64,000 nt of DNA from an uncultured Spirochaetia bacterium (GTDB lineage: Bacteria; Spirochaetota; UBA4802; UBA5368): the NCBI GenBank assembly GCA_937877025.1, contig CALEGE010000002.1, forward strand, positions 41,189 to 105,188, read 5' to 3'. The translations under genes and the position numbers were made by a program. Shown piece by piece: positions 53,466-62,937 of the stretch; position 1 is the stretch's first letter, and each line of letters starts with the position of its first letter. The notes under the pieces are model-generated. The model did no database searches and was not told the origin of the DNA. It was given only the letters and a program-made list of their open reading frames with translations.

Positions 53466-54449
53466 TTAGAGTGACAGCGTTCCTTTCTCATCAAATATAA
53501 ATTTCAGCGGCTCTTTTTGCACCTGCTCGGGTAGCCTGATCGACGCATGGCCCTTGAGCGCGAAACTCCCACGACGGTCGTTGAAAAATTGTGTAATGCC
53601 GCCGCTCAATAACTTCGAGCTGAACCGGTTTTTTACTGTTATATACGATTTATCGCCGGCGTTACGGATATCCGAGGTGCTACCCGTGATGAAAGTATCC
53701 GAATTCAAAAACAACTGATAGGACACGCTGTCGAAAGAAATTTTTGATTTTGCCCTGTTCGCAAGTTCGACGACAAAAGAAACAGTAATCGGAATATCGA
53801 TATCCTTCGGATTGAGTTCCCGGCTGGCGCTTTTTTTCCCTGAAAGAATGTCGCCGAACATCGCCGATACGGATTGCGGATCGATGGATTTTCCAGTCGA
53901 GCGGAGCGCATCGGTAATATCCGCAGGCGATGGTTTTTCAACTGTGAAGCGGCTGATCGTGATTTCGGGCTTCACCGCGGGGATTTTCCTTTGTATGCTG
54001 TAGGGGAAAGAATATGTCTCGGGAAAGCCTTGAATTCCTGTTTTCGGGAGCCTCACGATAATTTCACCCGCCGCCTCGCACTCGAGGTAGTCCCGCTCGA
54101 TGTAATTTTTAACGATCTTCTGTAAATCTGAAAATTGTATATTTACAAGGAACTGAGAGATCTCGTTACTGTTCGGCGAAATGCGGACCGCCTTTTTACT
54201 CTCCGTTTCAAAAAGCCGGTTCTTTTCAATGTTCAGTTTGAATCGAACACCGTCCAAGTGAATATTAACCGGGTACGGATTTCGTACCGCTATATTGAAC
54301 AGGAGGGTAATATCGCGGAATGATATCGTATCAATGCTGACTTTTTCTATTGTTGCTTCCGGTTTTTTGTTCAGCAATGACGAATTCATCGACGCGCATG
54401 CGGCGGCGGCAAAAATGACGCACGGTAACAATAGCATATGAATCCTCAT
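53466..54449 (-). CDS. LEA_2/WHy-domain lipoprotein (two domains)
   Basis: Lipobox AAAC, KKPEA, VRNPYPV, second repeat VKPEI...LANR. Confidence 0.75.
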   Translation of the reverse strand: MRIHMLLLPCVIFAAAACASMNSSLLNKKPEATIEKVSIDTISFRDITLLFNIAVRNPYPVNIHLDGVRFKLNIEKNRLFETESKKAVRISPNSNEISQFLVNIQFSDLQKIVKNYIERDYLECEAAGEIIVRLPKTGIQGFPETYSFPYSIQRKIPAVKPEITISRFTVEKPSPADITDALRSTGKSIDPQSVSAMFGDILSGKKSASRELNPKDIDIPITVSFVVELANRAKSKISFDSVSYQLFLNSDTFITGSTSDIRNAGDKSYITVKNRFSSKLLSGGITQFFNDRRGSFALKGHASIRLPEQVQKEPLKFIFDEKGTLSL

Positions 54450-54642
54450 AATGCACCTCGTTTTATACTGATAGTGCCGCATTCCGCGCGGCGCACTGAA
54501 CGGAGTGGACCAAAAAAATGCGCCTGATCTGAAACTGTAAAAGATATTTGACCTTTTTAACACAAGTAAACTATATTTTTAAGCGGATAATTTTCAACAC
54601 AATTAATTATCGAGAGGAAGCTGATCATTGCAGATACATAAA

Positions 54643-55470
54643 ATGGCGCGATGTAACGGCAGATTGATCGCGATCGGCGTGATCTGCGCGCTTTGCGGCA
54701 TGCCGCACAATTCAGCCCTGTATGCCCAGAGGACAAAAACCAGCCTGCGGGCCGGTGAGCAGCGAAAAGCCGAAAAGGGGCTGAAGGACAACCGGTATTT
54801 TTTTTATTTCATAGACTCATCCGTATCGAACTTTGGTTCAGAGGAAGAAAAAAAGCTCTTCAAAGAAGCGATACAGCGCGACGTGCTTGCGCAGCTTTTG
54901 TACATGCGGTTTCAGTTTAAGGAATCATTCGATGAAATTCGCAAATCGCAGAAATTACTTGTGGAGCTGTACGGCATCACCCTGCGGAAAGATATTGCCG
55001 CCGCGAAAAACCTGCTTGATGAAACGGCCCCTGGCGTGATTAACTCAAAGGACGAGAAGGCCCGGACGTACCTGCGCCTTGGCTATAGAAGCATGAAAAA
55101 TGCGCAGACAAATTGCGGCATGGGCGACAACTATCAGGAGCGGCTCTATTCCATGCGTCTTCTGCAATACGTGAAGGCAATCAAGATGGCGAAGGAAGGA
55201 AGGCGCTACGCGTTTCTCGCGATGATTGAATCGTCGATTCCTGAAGTTGAAAAATCGACGCGCCGCATGACGTTTGATTCGATCGAGAAGGAACTGCTTC
55301 GAACGGCCCCCGCCGATAAAACTGAATTGTACCGACAGATTCACAGGGATAATTATTATATCATTACCGGCGGCGCATCGTATTACGATCAGATATGGGA
55401 CAGGCCCGAACTGCAGGATCTGGAAGAATATACACGCTATCTCCAGCACGAACAATACCCGGAAGAGTAG
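54643..55470 (+). CDS. Exported helical protein, OmpL37-like
   Basis: Signal peptide; DN..F.FI...VSN, helical bundle, C-terminal HRDN; similarity to leptospiral OmpL37 recalled, not computed. Confidence 0.5.
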   Translation: MARCNGRLIAIGVICALCGMPHNSALYAQRTKTSLRAGEQRKAEKGLKDNRYFFYFIDSSVSNFGSEEEKKLFKEAIQRDVLAQLLYMRFQFKESFDEIRKSQKLLVELYGITLRKDIAAAKNLLDETAPGVINSKDEKARTYLRLGYRSMKNAQTNCGMGDNYQERLYSMRLLQYVKAIKMAKEGRRYAFLAMIESSIPEVEKSTRRMTFDSIEKELLRTAPADKTELYRQIHRDNYYIITGGASYYDQIWDRPELQDLEEYTRYLQHEQYPEE

Positions 55471-55477
55471 GAAAGCC

Positions 55478-57772
55478 ATGCGAATACGAAATGGAATAAT
55501 AACGCTGTTGTTCTTTACGGTGTGCTGCTTCAACCGCCCCACGGAAGTTGCCGGACTGTCGGAGCTTGGATTCAATGCCACGCCAGACGCGGTGATAGCC
55601 GCCCTTGAAAAAAACAGCCCCGATGCGGCAAGCCAGTTTATGCTCGGAATGGCGTATAAAAAAAAGGGCATGCTGAAAAAAGGGGTTTTACACTATGCGA
55701 ACAGTTGTTTTGTTTCCCGCCGTGATTATGACATTAAGCTTTTCCCGCAACCCGTGTATCTGTTTGTGCGTGGGTTTGCTATCACATCGCCGTATTACCA
55801 GGACGCGGTTCTTGAAATCGCGAACATTTTTTACCAGTATCGTGAGTATGAGTATGTGATAAAGTTTACCGAGCTTGTGAAAAAACAGAGGAGCGGGGTG
55901 TACCGGGATTCAGTGCTGCTGCGGGCGCGCTCGCTCGCAGAACTCGGCACGTTTGATGAGGCGCTGCGGCAACTGCACGCTTTGCGCGGGATGTTTGACA
56001 ATGCCGATTCAAAAGCGCTTATATTTATTCGCATTGCGTCAGTTTACGAAAAATCGAATGATTACGAGAAGGCGGTGGACGCATATTCTGAAATACTCAG
56101 AATTGACAGCGCAGGCTGGCAGTCGGGCATTGCCGCTGACAATATCATGGCGCTTGTGAATAAAAAAAATATCCAGATTTCACCGGATACCCGGCTGCTG
56201 CTGGCCGCGGCGTTGATCGGGAAAAAAGACTATGCCGAAGCGATTGCGTTGATTGAAGATGCCCGGGCGTTGTGGCATGATGCGAGCGGCGCACAGAGGG
56301 CCGCCGAGTATCTTGTCATGGCGTATGCCGGCAGGGGGGATATTGCGAACGCCGATACAACGATACGCGGATTTGCCCACGATACGGCATTTGCGGAGTC
56401 GCTGGAAAAAACGAAGGCGGATATGCTCTGGGAAACAAAAAAAAGGGGCGCGGCAGCCGTGCTGTACGCGCGGCTTTCGAAAAGTAAAGACCCGGAAATT
56501 GCGAGGAATTCGCTCAGGCGCGCCGCGATGTACGCGGAAGACCGCAGGGTAGCCGGATTCGAAGGGATTTTAGCCGAATACAAGAACACGTATCCTGATG
56601 ATGCGGCATCGGGCTATTTCATATGGCGCCTGGGAAGGGAGTCGGTAAAGAGGGGAAAAAGCGATTCGGCGATTGCGTATTTCGAGGAAGGGTTGTCGAA
56701 ATTTCCCGCCGGCGAATATTCCGACAGGATGCGGTTCTGGATGTATAAGCTGCTCGAGTCCAGCGGGAGGAAACAGGACGCGGAAAAGCAGTTCAAAGAT
56801 ATTGTGACGGTGAATCCCGATTCCACGTATGCATGGACGTTGCTTCACGCGAAGTTAAAGGAGTATGATGAAGCCGCGCTTGCGCGGCAGTTTGAGGAGT
56901 CGCTGGCGGCCCGCGATCTCGATGGATGTATGTTTGCGCATACGCTATTATTTTTGAAAGAAAGAAGTACCGCCCGCCGCAGCAAGCGGCTGCAACGCAT
57001 GCGTCTTCCCGAGAAGGAGCGGTACGACACACTATATCGATCTGTGAAGGATATTACGCTGCGTTCCGCGTACAAGGAATCGCTGCGGGGTATCGAAAAA
57101 TATTTTAAAATAGGGCACAACGAGGGGATTGCCAGGGAGCTTGGCATACTCCCAAATGATACCGCGGCGCAGAATGACAAAAATGTTGCGATCTGCCATT
57201 ACGGAATGAGGCACGATCACAGTTATTATTCGCTGTTTGCGTTGATCGAGTTGATGAAGGCTGTCAATCTGAAGGAGAACATAGCCGTTATGCCCGAAGG
57301 GATGCTGGCATGCATGCTTCCCACGCCATGGGCGGAATGCGTCAAATCAAACGCGTTGGAATATAAACTGGAGAGAAGTTTTATTTACGCGATTGCAAAA
57401 GCCGAATCGCTCTTCAATCCCCGCGCCGTTTCGTCGGCTGGCGCGGTGGGGCTGATGCAGTTGATGCCGGCAACGGCACACGGCGTTGCGCGTGATTTAA
57501 AAATTATCGCCTATGATCTAAAAGATCCATGCACGTCCATACGGTTTGGCGCCCGGTATTTCAAGTTTCTCGACAGGCTTTTCCCCGGCAATCACGATTT
57601 AATGGTTGCGGGGTATAATGCCGGGGCCGGCAACGTGAAAAAATGGATGAAAGAGATGCCGGCTGCCGATCTTGATTATTTTGTCGAGTTCGCAGCGTTT
57701 GAGGAAACACGGTATTATGTTGTCAGGACCCGCAAATTCATGTATCAGTACAGGGTGGTACTCGGCGAATAA
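55478..57772 (+). CDS. Soluble lytic transglycosylase with TPR scaffold
   Basis: AIAKAES, AVGLMQLMP, AGYNAG, EETRYYV. Confidence 0.92.
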   Translation: MRIRNGIITLLFFTVCCFNRPTEVAGLSELGFNATPDAVIAALEKNSPDAASQFMLGMAYKKKGMLKKGVLHYANSCFVSRRDYDIKLFPQPVYLFVRGFAITSPYYQDAVLEIANIFYQYREYEYVIKFTELVKKQRSGVYRDSVLLRARSLAELGTFDEALRQLHALRGMFDNADSKALIFIRIASVYEKSNDYEKAVDAYSEILRIDSAGWQSGIAADNIMALVNKKNIQISPDTRLLLAAALIGKKDYAEAIALIEDARALWHDASGAQRAAEYLVMAYAGRGDIANADTTIRGFAHDTAFAESLEKTKADMLWETKKRGAAAVLYARLSKSKDPEIARNSLRRAAMYAEDRRVAGFEGILAEYKNTYPDDAASGYFIWRLGRESVKRGKSDSAIAYFEEGLSKFPAGEYSDRMRFWMYKLLESSGRKQDAEKQFKDIVTVNPDSTYAWTLLHAKLKEYDEAALARQFEESLAARDLDGCMFAHTLLFLKERSTARRSKRLQRMRLPEKERYDTLYRSVKDITLRSAYKESLRGIEKYFKIGHNEGIARELGILPNDTAAQNDKNVAICHYGMRHDHSYYSLFALIELMKAVNLKENIAVMPEGMLACMLPTPWAECVKSNALEYKLERSFIYAIAKAESLFNPRAVSSAGAVGLMQLMPATAHGVARDLKIIAYDLKDPCTSIRFGARYFKFLDRLFPGNHDLMVAGYNAGAGNVKKWMKEMPAADLDYFVEFAAFEETRYYVVRTRKFMYQYRVVLGE

Positions 57773-57854
57773 TCGCCGGTTAAAAAATAAATTGCATCGA
57801 ATGACGGATGTACGAATATAACAGGTATATATATCGTTCTGTGGAGAGCATGAT

Positions 57855-58547
57855 ATGAAAAAGACAATGTACGTGATAGCATTCGTTTTTCTTGCATCAA
57901 CCGGAGCTTTCGCGGCGGATGTAATCGGAAAAGTTTCCTCGATAATCGGCGATGTCGATTTAACAGCAATTACCACCGGCAATAAAATTGTCCCGCGTGT
58001 CGGCACGCCCCTGACGGATGACCACAAGATACGAACGGGTAATCGTTCGTATTGCGAACTGCTGCTCAATGACGGCACAAAGATATTCGTACGAGAAATA
58101 ACTGTTTTAAACATTACGGGCCTGAAGTTAGTAGAAACCGACCCCCCGACAAAGATGCGTGTGCTGACGGGGAAGGTGAGAATTACGATGAAAAAGGCGT
58201 TCAAAAGCAGAACGCTTGTATTGCGCACCCCGACCGCAATCGCCGGCGTGAGGGGAACCGACTTTGGAGCAATCGTCAGTAAAACAGAAACGAGGCTCAT
58301 TGTTTTCGAAGGGGCCGTGGATGTAGCGAATACGGACAGGGAGATTCTTAAGTCGTATATTGTGAAGGAAAAAGAGGAAGTGAGCGTAAAAAAGGATGCG
58401 CCGCCGACAGTACCGCGAATTGTCCCGAGAGATGTAATTGAAAACTGGTTTGATTATTACGAGATAGACGGGAAAAACCGTATCATTATAAAATCCAGAA
58501 AGGAAGAAGGAATCATTGATACTATCCTCAGGAAAAAAGATTTCTGA
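57855..58547 (+). CDS. FecR-domain exported protein
   Basis: Signal peptide; IRTG, DGT, TPTAIAGVRGTDF, VFEGAV. Confidence 0.88.
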   Translation: MKKTMYVIAFVFLASTGAFAADVIGKVSSIIGDVDLTAITTGNKIVPRVGTPLTDDHKIRTGNRSYCELLLNDGTKIFVREITVLNITGLKLVETDPPTKMRVLTGKVRITMKKAFKSRTLVLRTPTAIAGVRGTDFGAIVSKTETRLIVFEGAVDVANTDREILKSYIVKEKEEVSVKKDAPPTVPRIVPRDVIENWFDYYEIDGKNRIIIKSRKEEGIIDTILRKKDF

Positions 58548-58559
58548 TTACGTTGTGCC

Positions 58560-59345
58560 GTGAAACTTCATGCGTTACTTACTACCCTTTGTGTTGTATG
58601 CTGCGCGTCTTCGGCGTGCACGAAGGCGGCGTTTATTTCCAGGGATGATCGCGAAAAAGTAAAATCGTTGATTTCACTCTACGCGAGCGGGAACTGGGAG
58701 GTGCGCCGAAAAGCGGTGCAGCGGCTTTCGGAATACCCATCGACAAAGGCGGAAAAGGCGGTCATCGCCGCGTGTGATGATCCGCATTCTCTGGTCAGAA
58801 TTGATGCGGTGAAGGGACTTGCCAGATATTCCTCATATGAAGCAAAAAACAAAATCAGGACGATTGCCGATAACGATGCGGACAACAATGTCAGATGGAG
58901 CGCGTTGACGGTGCTTGCCTCGTATCGTGATCCGTCAGCGGCTCCGGTCTTCGTAAAGGGGCTGTCCAGCGGCGACTGGCTTATCCGTGAAGAATCTATC
59001 AGGGGATTACTGATGATAGATGATTTCGCGGTGCGATATTTTTCGATCCCGTATGTTATACAGGCGTTCAATGACAGCAGTATCAACGTGCGAATGGCGG
59101 CGATAAAGAATATAAAAATACGGGATCACAGGATTTACATGGAATTAGTACGGATGCTGGATGATTCGATGCTCAGAAAAAATACGCTTTTAAAGGTTGT
59201 TCTGGGTGCGTTGGATGGGTATACGCTGGACGTCTCGACAAGAAAAAAAATCATCACCCTCCTCACTCATTCGAATGTAGAGGTGCGCCTGCTCGCACTC
59301 AGGGTGCTGAAAAAGGACGACAAATTGAAAAAGGAACGGCGGTAG
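58560..59345 (+). CDS. HEAT-repeat lipoprotein
   Basis: Lipobox-like SSAC; repeated D....VR..A units. Confidence 0.82.
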   Translation: MKLHALLTTLCVVCCASSACTKAAFISRDDREKVKSLISLYASGNWEVRRKAVQRLSEYPSTKAEKAVIAACDDPHSLVRIDAVKGLARYSSYEAKNKIRTIADNDADNNVRWSALTVLASYRDPSAAPVFVKGLSSGDWLIREESIRGLLMIDDFAVRYFSIPYVIQAFNDSSINVRMAAIKNIKIRDHRIYMELVRMLDDSMLRKNTLLKVVLGALDGYTLDVSTRKKIITLLTHSNVEVRLLALRVLKKDDKLKKERR

Positions 59346-60002
59346 CTATTTTTCCTTTTCCTTGGATGAATAAATTCTGTTCTGATTGTCGATCATATCT
59401 TTCTTGAATTTATCCGGAACCGGCTGGCCGATTGTTTCATAGAACTTGAAGCAATTTTCCTTTGCCCGCCTGAAATAATATATCGAATCAACCGGTTTTG
59501 AGCGGACAAGATAATCATTTGCCTTTCGTATGCCAAAACCCGCATTGGTGATGAGCAAGTCGGCGGTGGGATTGGTTTTTTCGCCCTTCAGCGATAACGT
59601 GATATTATTTCGCACGTGCGTTTTGATCAGCTCAGTATGCAGGGCTTCGGATTCCTCTTTATATTTCTGAGCGATTTTAGCCGCGACGGTGTTAATGTTT
59701 CGTTCATTTTTCGTAAAAAGATTAGCCGATTCGATCATGCTTTCCCTGAAATACAGGGCGCTGGCTTCGGCGTATTCATTGACAAGGCCGTCAAATTCCG
59801 CCTCTCCGCCGCCGAAGTTGATAATTGCCGCATGGAGAAGTTTGATATTCTTGAAGTTATCGTAACTGGCCCTTTTGATTACCGATACCGGATCGTACAG
59901 TTCGTTGAATTCTTTTTTTGGCTCCGCCTCCTGAGCGTGCAGAACTGTTGACGCAAATAAAATAAGCAGGAAAATGACGCCTCTTCGCAATCCCTTTGCC
60001 AT
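59346..60002 (-). CDS. Exported helical hypothetical protein (possible distant paralog of 54643..55470)
   Basis: Signal peptide ending LHA-QE; DN....L...I.NFG and terminal DN motifs. Confidence 0.7.
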   Translation of the reverse strand: MAKGLRRGVIFLLILFASTVLHAQEAEPKKEFNELYDPVSVIKRASYDNFKNIKLLHAAIINFGGGEAEFDGLVNEYAEASALYFRESMIESANLFTKNERNINTVAAKIAQKYKEESEALHTELIKTHVRNNITLSLKGEKTNPTADLLITNAGFGIRKANDYLVRSKPVDSIYYFRRAKENCFKFYETIGQPVPDKFKKDMIDNQNRIYSSKEKEK

Positions 60003-60110
60003 TATTGTACTCCATACTATTAGATAGTTATATGCGTTGGAAAGCTCTATTTATTGTTGTAATACTACAACGGCGGGTTGCTGAAGTCAAGACAAATGTT
60101 GGCGCGCTGA

Positions 60111-60155
60111 AATGAATAAAGGGTCCACACGGGACCTACCTGCACGAGCTTCATC
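60111..60155 (-). promoter_or_regulatory. Putative bacterial SECIS element
   Basis: GGUCC-CGUGU-GGACC hairpin with loop 19 nt after UGA and G at loop position 2; AUGAA/UUCAU lower pairing. Confidence 0.6.
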
Positions 60156-60342
60156 CTCCTGGACGCGGTGTGGAACAGCTCTGGCAGCCGCTTCCGCTCG
60201 TGCTTCCCGCGAAAAGGGAGAAAATTTTTTCTGTGTTGTTCGACGCGCATGCGGAACAGACAGCCGGCGAAAAATCACCGATTTTTCTCAGTTCGCCGGT
60301 TACCGTGCCGCACTCTTTGCATTTGAATTCATACACTGGCAT
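60136..60342 (-). CDS. FmdB-family zinc-ribbon protein, probable selenoprotein (Sec at TGA 60151-60153)
   Basis: MPVYEFKCKECG...CSAC...GCQSCSTPRPGG-TGA-SSCR-TAG; GGAG RBS. Confidence 0.8.
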
Positions 60343-60532
60343 GTGTGTGCTCCAAGGATTTGATATAATTACCATTCCGCATGAGAGTATTTTGTCAAAG
60401 TATAAAGTATACCCGATACAAAATCATTTCAAAAATTATTTAGTTATTGCATTAAATGCGGATGCGGGAATGTGATTGGGAATGGATTTTTATATTTCAC
60501 GCAATGCGCACTGACTGTAGATGGGATATCAG

Positions 60533-61285
60533 ATGAATATTTTGCTGACAAATGATGATGGCGTCAATGCCGCGGGAATAGGCGCTCTGTACGATGTGCT
60601 GTCGGAAAATCATGCTGTTTTTATAATTGCTCCCGATGAGGAGCGAAGCGCGTGTTCAAATGCGATAACGGTACGAAGAAATCTTCGGATAAATACGGTT
60701 TCCGGCAATAAATACTCCGTTGACGGCCTTCCGGCGGATTGTGTCAATATTGGCCTGAACGGCGGCCTGCTTCCTGAAATCGATCTCGTTATATCGGGTA
60801 TCAATCACGGGCCGAACCTTGGGGATGATGTTCATTTTTCAGGCACCGTTGGGGGCGCGCGGACAGCGCTGATTTTCGGTGTGACAGGCATTGCCGTATC
60901 TCTTGATTGCCTCGGTACGTCCGATTACTTTATCGACACAGCGCTGTTTGTTCGCGAATTTATTAAGGATTATAAGCGGATAGAACGAATTTCGCATATC
61001 TGTCTTAATATCAACTATCCCGATCTTCCCAAAAGCCAGGTCAACGGATTCAAGTATACGACGCTTGGGAAAAGGGAATATCGTGATTCGTACAGGATGC
61101 TTTCGCGCAATTCAGAAACGATGCAGCTTCAATTGAACGGAACAATACATTCTGTAGGGCGCGAAGGTTCCGATGTGCATGAGCTGAGAAATGGCTATAT
61201 TTCCATAACGCCGTTACAACTGGATTGCACCGATTATACATATCTTTCCAGGCTGCCGAAGGCGGAAGAGTCATGGCTGAAGTAG
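60533..61285 (+). CDS. surE: 5'/3'-nucleotidase SurE
   Basis: ILLTNDDG, GLPADCV, SGINHGPNLG, SGTVGGA, ISITPL. Confidence 0.96.
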   Translation: MNILLTNDDGVNAAGIGALYDVLSENHAVFIIAPDEERSACSNAITVRRNLRINTVSGNKYSVDGLPADCVNIGLNGGLLPEIDLVISGINHGPNLGDDVHFSGTVGGARTALIFGVTGIAVSLDCLGTSDYFIDTALFVREFIKDYKRIERISHICLNINYPDLPKSQVNGFKYTTLGKREYRDSYRMLSRNSETMQLQLNGTIHSVGREGSDVHELRNGYISITPLQLDCTDYTYLSRLPKAEESWLK

Positions 61286-61965
61286 ATTTGAATAGCAAAA
61301 TACGGGGATTTCTGGATTCGGCGGCTCGCAAGGGCCGCAGCGATAATTATGCCGAAGCGCTCGATGAATTGAAAGCGGCCGAGGCGCTTGATCGGAGCAA
61401 TCCCGTAATCATGTATAATCTGGGCGTATGTTATTCTCGAACCGGGCAGTATAAGATGGCAGGAGAATACTTTACACGGCTCATGGCTCAGCCGACGACA
61501 TTCGTTGATATCGTCAAGGTGAAAAAGCTCCTTGCCTACTGCCTGATTATGCAGAAAGAATACAGTACGGCGATACATTACCTCGATGAATGCCTTGCGA
61601 TAGCAAAACGCGACACCACTGCGATGAACATGAAGGGGTATGCCCTTGATCGTACGGGCGAATATGCCAGGGCAGTCGAGATATACAAGGAAATACTATC
61701 CATTGATCCGGAAAATTATACCGCGTATAACTCGATGGCGTATATATTATTACGCACTGACGCTGATACAGCCCTTGCCATGCGGTATGCGAAAATTGCG
61801 CTGAATGCACAACCCGACAATGCGGCGTACCTTGACACCATGGGCGTTATATATATGAAAAAGGGCCAGAACGATATGGCGAAAAAGTTTTTTAAAAAGG
61901 CGCTCTCAATCCAACCCGATTCCGTTGAGATAAAAGAACATATCAGCCAGTTGCTGAAAATATAA
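61273..61965 (+). CDS. Tetratricopeptide repeat protein
   Basis: YNLGVCY, AYNSMAY, AYLDTMG TPR units; overlaps the surE stop. Confidence 0.88.
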   Translation: MAEVDLNSKIRGFLDSAARKGRSDNYAEALDELKAAEALDRSNPVIMYNLGVCYSRTGQYKMAGEYFTRLMAQPTTFVDIVKVKKLLAYCLIMQKEYSTAIHYLDECLAIAKRDTTAMNMKGYALDRTGEYARAVEIYKEILSIDPENYTAYNSMAYILLRTDADTALAMRYAKIALNAQPDNAAYLDTMGVIYMKKGQNDMAKKFFKKALSIQPDSVEIKEHISQLLKI

Positions 61966-62044
61966 CCTGGCCGAAAAGGTATTCATGCGGCAATACGCCC
62001 GCACAGTTGATCGCATAAAAAAATCGTAATATATGAAATAATAC

Positions 62045-62071
62045 TACAATTTTATAAAAATATGCCGATTG
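62045..62071 (+). promoter_or_regulatory. Putative sigma28 (FliA) promoter
   Basis: TACA-15 bp-GCCGATTG versus consensus TAAA-N15-GCCGATAA. Confidence 0.55.
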
Positions 62072-62105
62072 ATTAATAGAGATTCCACGGAAGGAGGTAC
62101 ATGGT

Positions 62106-62354
62106 ATGGATACCAATATGATATACCTCGGAACAGCTCACTACACAAAGCCGGCATTTAGCGAGGATGCGGTGCGATTGCCGGCAGCGAGTGTTGAGAA
62201 TCATTCGGCGCCTGAAAAGCAGAAGTTCGACTACGACACGGTCATGATGGATCTGGAAGATGTAAAAAACTTTCTCTATATGCTGATCGGCGGCAGTCTG
62301 CTCCGGGTAAAAGACAGTGGAAATATCGGCGTTAATGTAAATAAAATCGCGTGA
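62106..62354 (+). CDS. Small hypothetical protein
   Basis: Strong AAGGAGG RBS; ends IGVNVNKIA. Confidence 0.75.
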   Translation: MDTNMIYLGTAHYTKPAFSEDAVRLPAASVENHSAPEKQKFDYDTVMMDLEDVKNFLYMLIGGSLLRVKDSGNIGVNVNKIA

Positions 62355-62395
62355 TTAACTAAGCGCGGGACGTTTGCGCCGACGCAACCGCAGAC

Positions 62396-62425
62396 CAGAA
62401 ACCAGTGTAAAAATACTGGTTTCTG
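62396..62425 (+). terminator. Hairpin/terminator after the small gene
   Basis: CAGAAACCAGTG-TAAAAA-TACTGGTTTCTG followed by TTGTT. Confidence 0.65.
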
Positions 62426-62489
62426 TTGTTATCTTACAATATTATGCAACCTTCCATTACAGGATAACTAAAATTATCATAAATTGTTG

Positions 62490-62518
62490 TTGACTTATAA
62501 TTACAGTACTTTTATTCT
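62490..62518 (+). promoter_or_regulatory. Putative sigma70 promoter upstream of sORF/TetR
   Basis: TTGACT-17 bp-TATTCT. Confidence 0.5.
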
Positions 62519-62771
62519 ATTTATCTATAAAAATATTATTAATTACTAATTTATTCTTTTTTGTGACAGAAACGGTGTATGAATAAGGTCGTCCATTAAT
62601 CTACCGAACTGCCCCTGATCAAGAACGAATTAATGGGATTTTATTTTTACGATGGATGGGATGAAGCAAATCGTTTTTTTTGAATAGAAAAAATTTATAA
62701 TAAAGATTAAGAAAATTGAGGATTTTCTCGATAAAATATCGTACATAGCTATATTAAATGAATACTGTTAT

Positions 62772-62891
62772 ATGAGCAGGGAAATACAGGAACGAGCGGA
62801 TGCCGTTATACGGGAACTGAAAGAGGCGTTACGACCTCTTTCGGAGGAAATCAGGAAATTGAAAAAGCAAGAACTATTTCTGGAAGATTAA
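62772..62891 (+). CDS. Possible 39-aa helical small protein
   Basis: MSREIQERADAVIRELKEALRPLSEEIRKLKKQELFLED; below the ORF-track cutoff; no clear RBS. Confidence 0.4.
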   Translation: MSREIQERADAVIRELKEALRPLSEEIRKLKKQELFLED

Positions 62892-62937
62892 GGAAGCAGT
62901 ATCTGTTGCAAAATTTTTACTTGTACGAGGTGAAAGA

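Noticed and set aside
55274..55477. Extended N-terminus of the transglycosylase
   Set aside because: Overlaps the upstream gene; the signal peptide starts at 55478.
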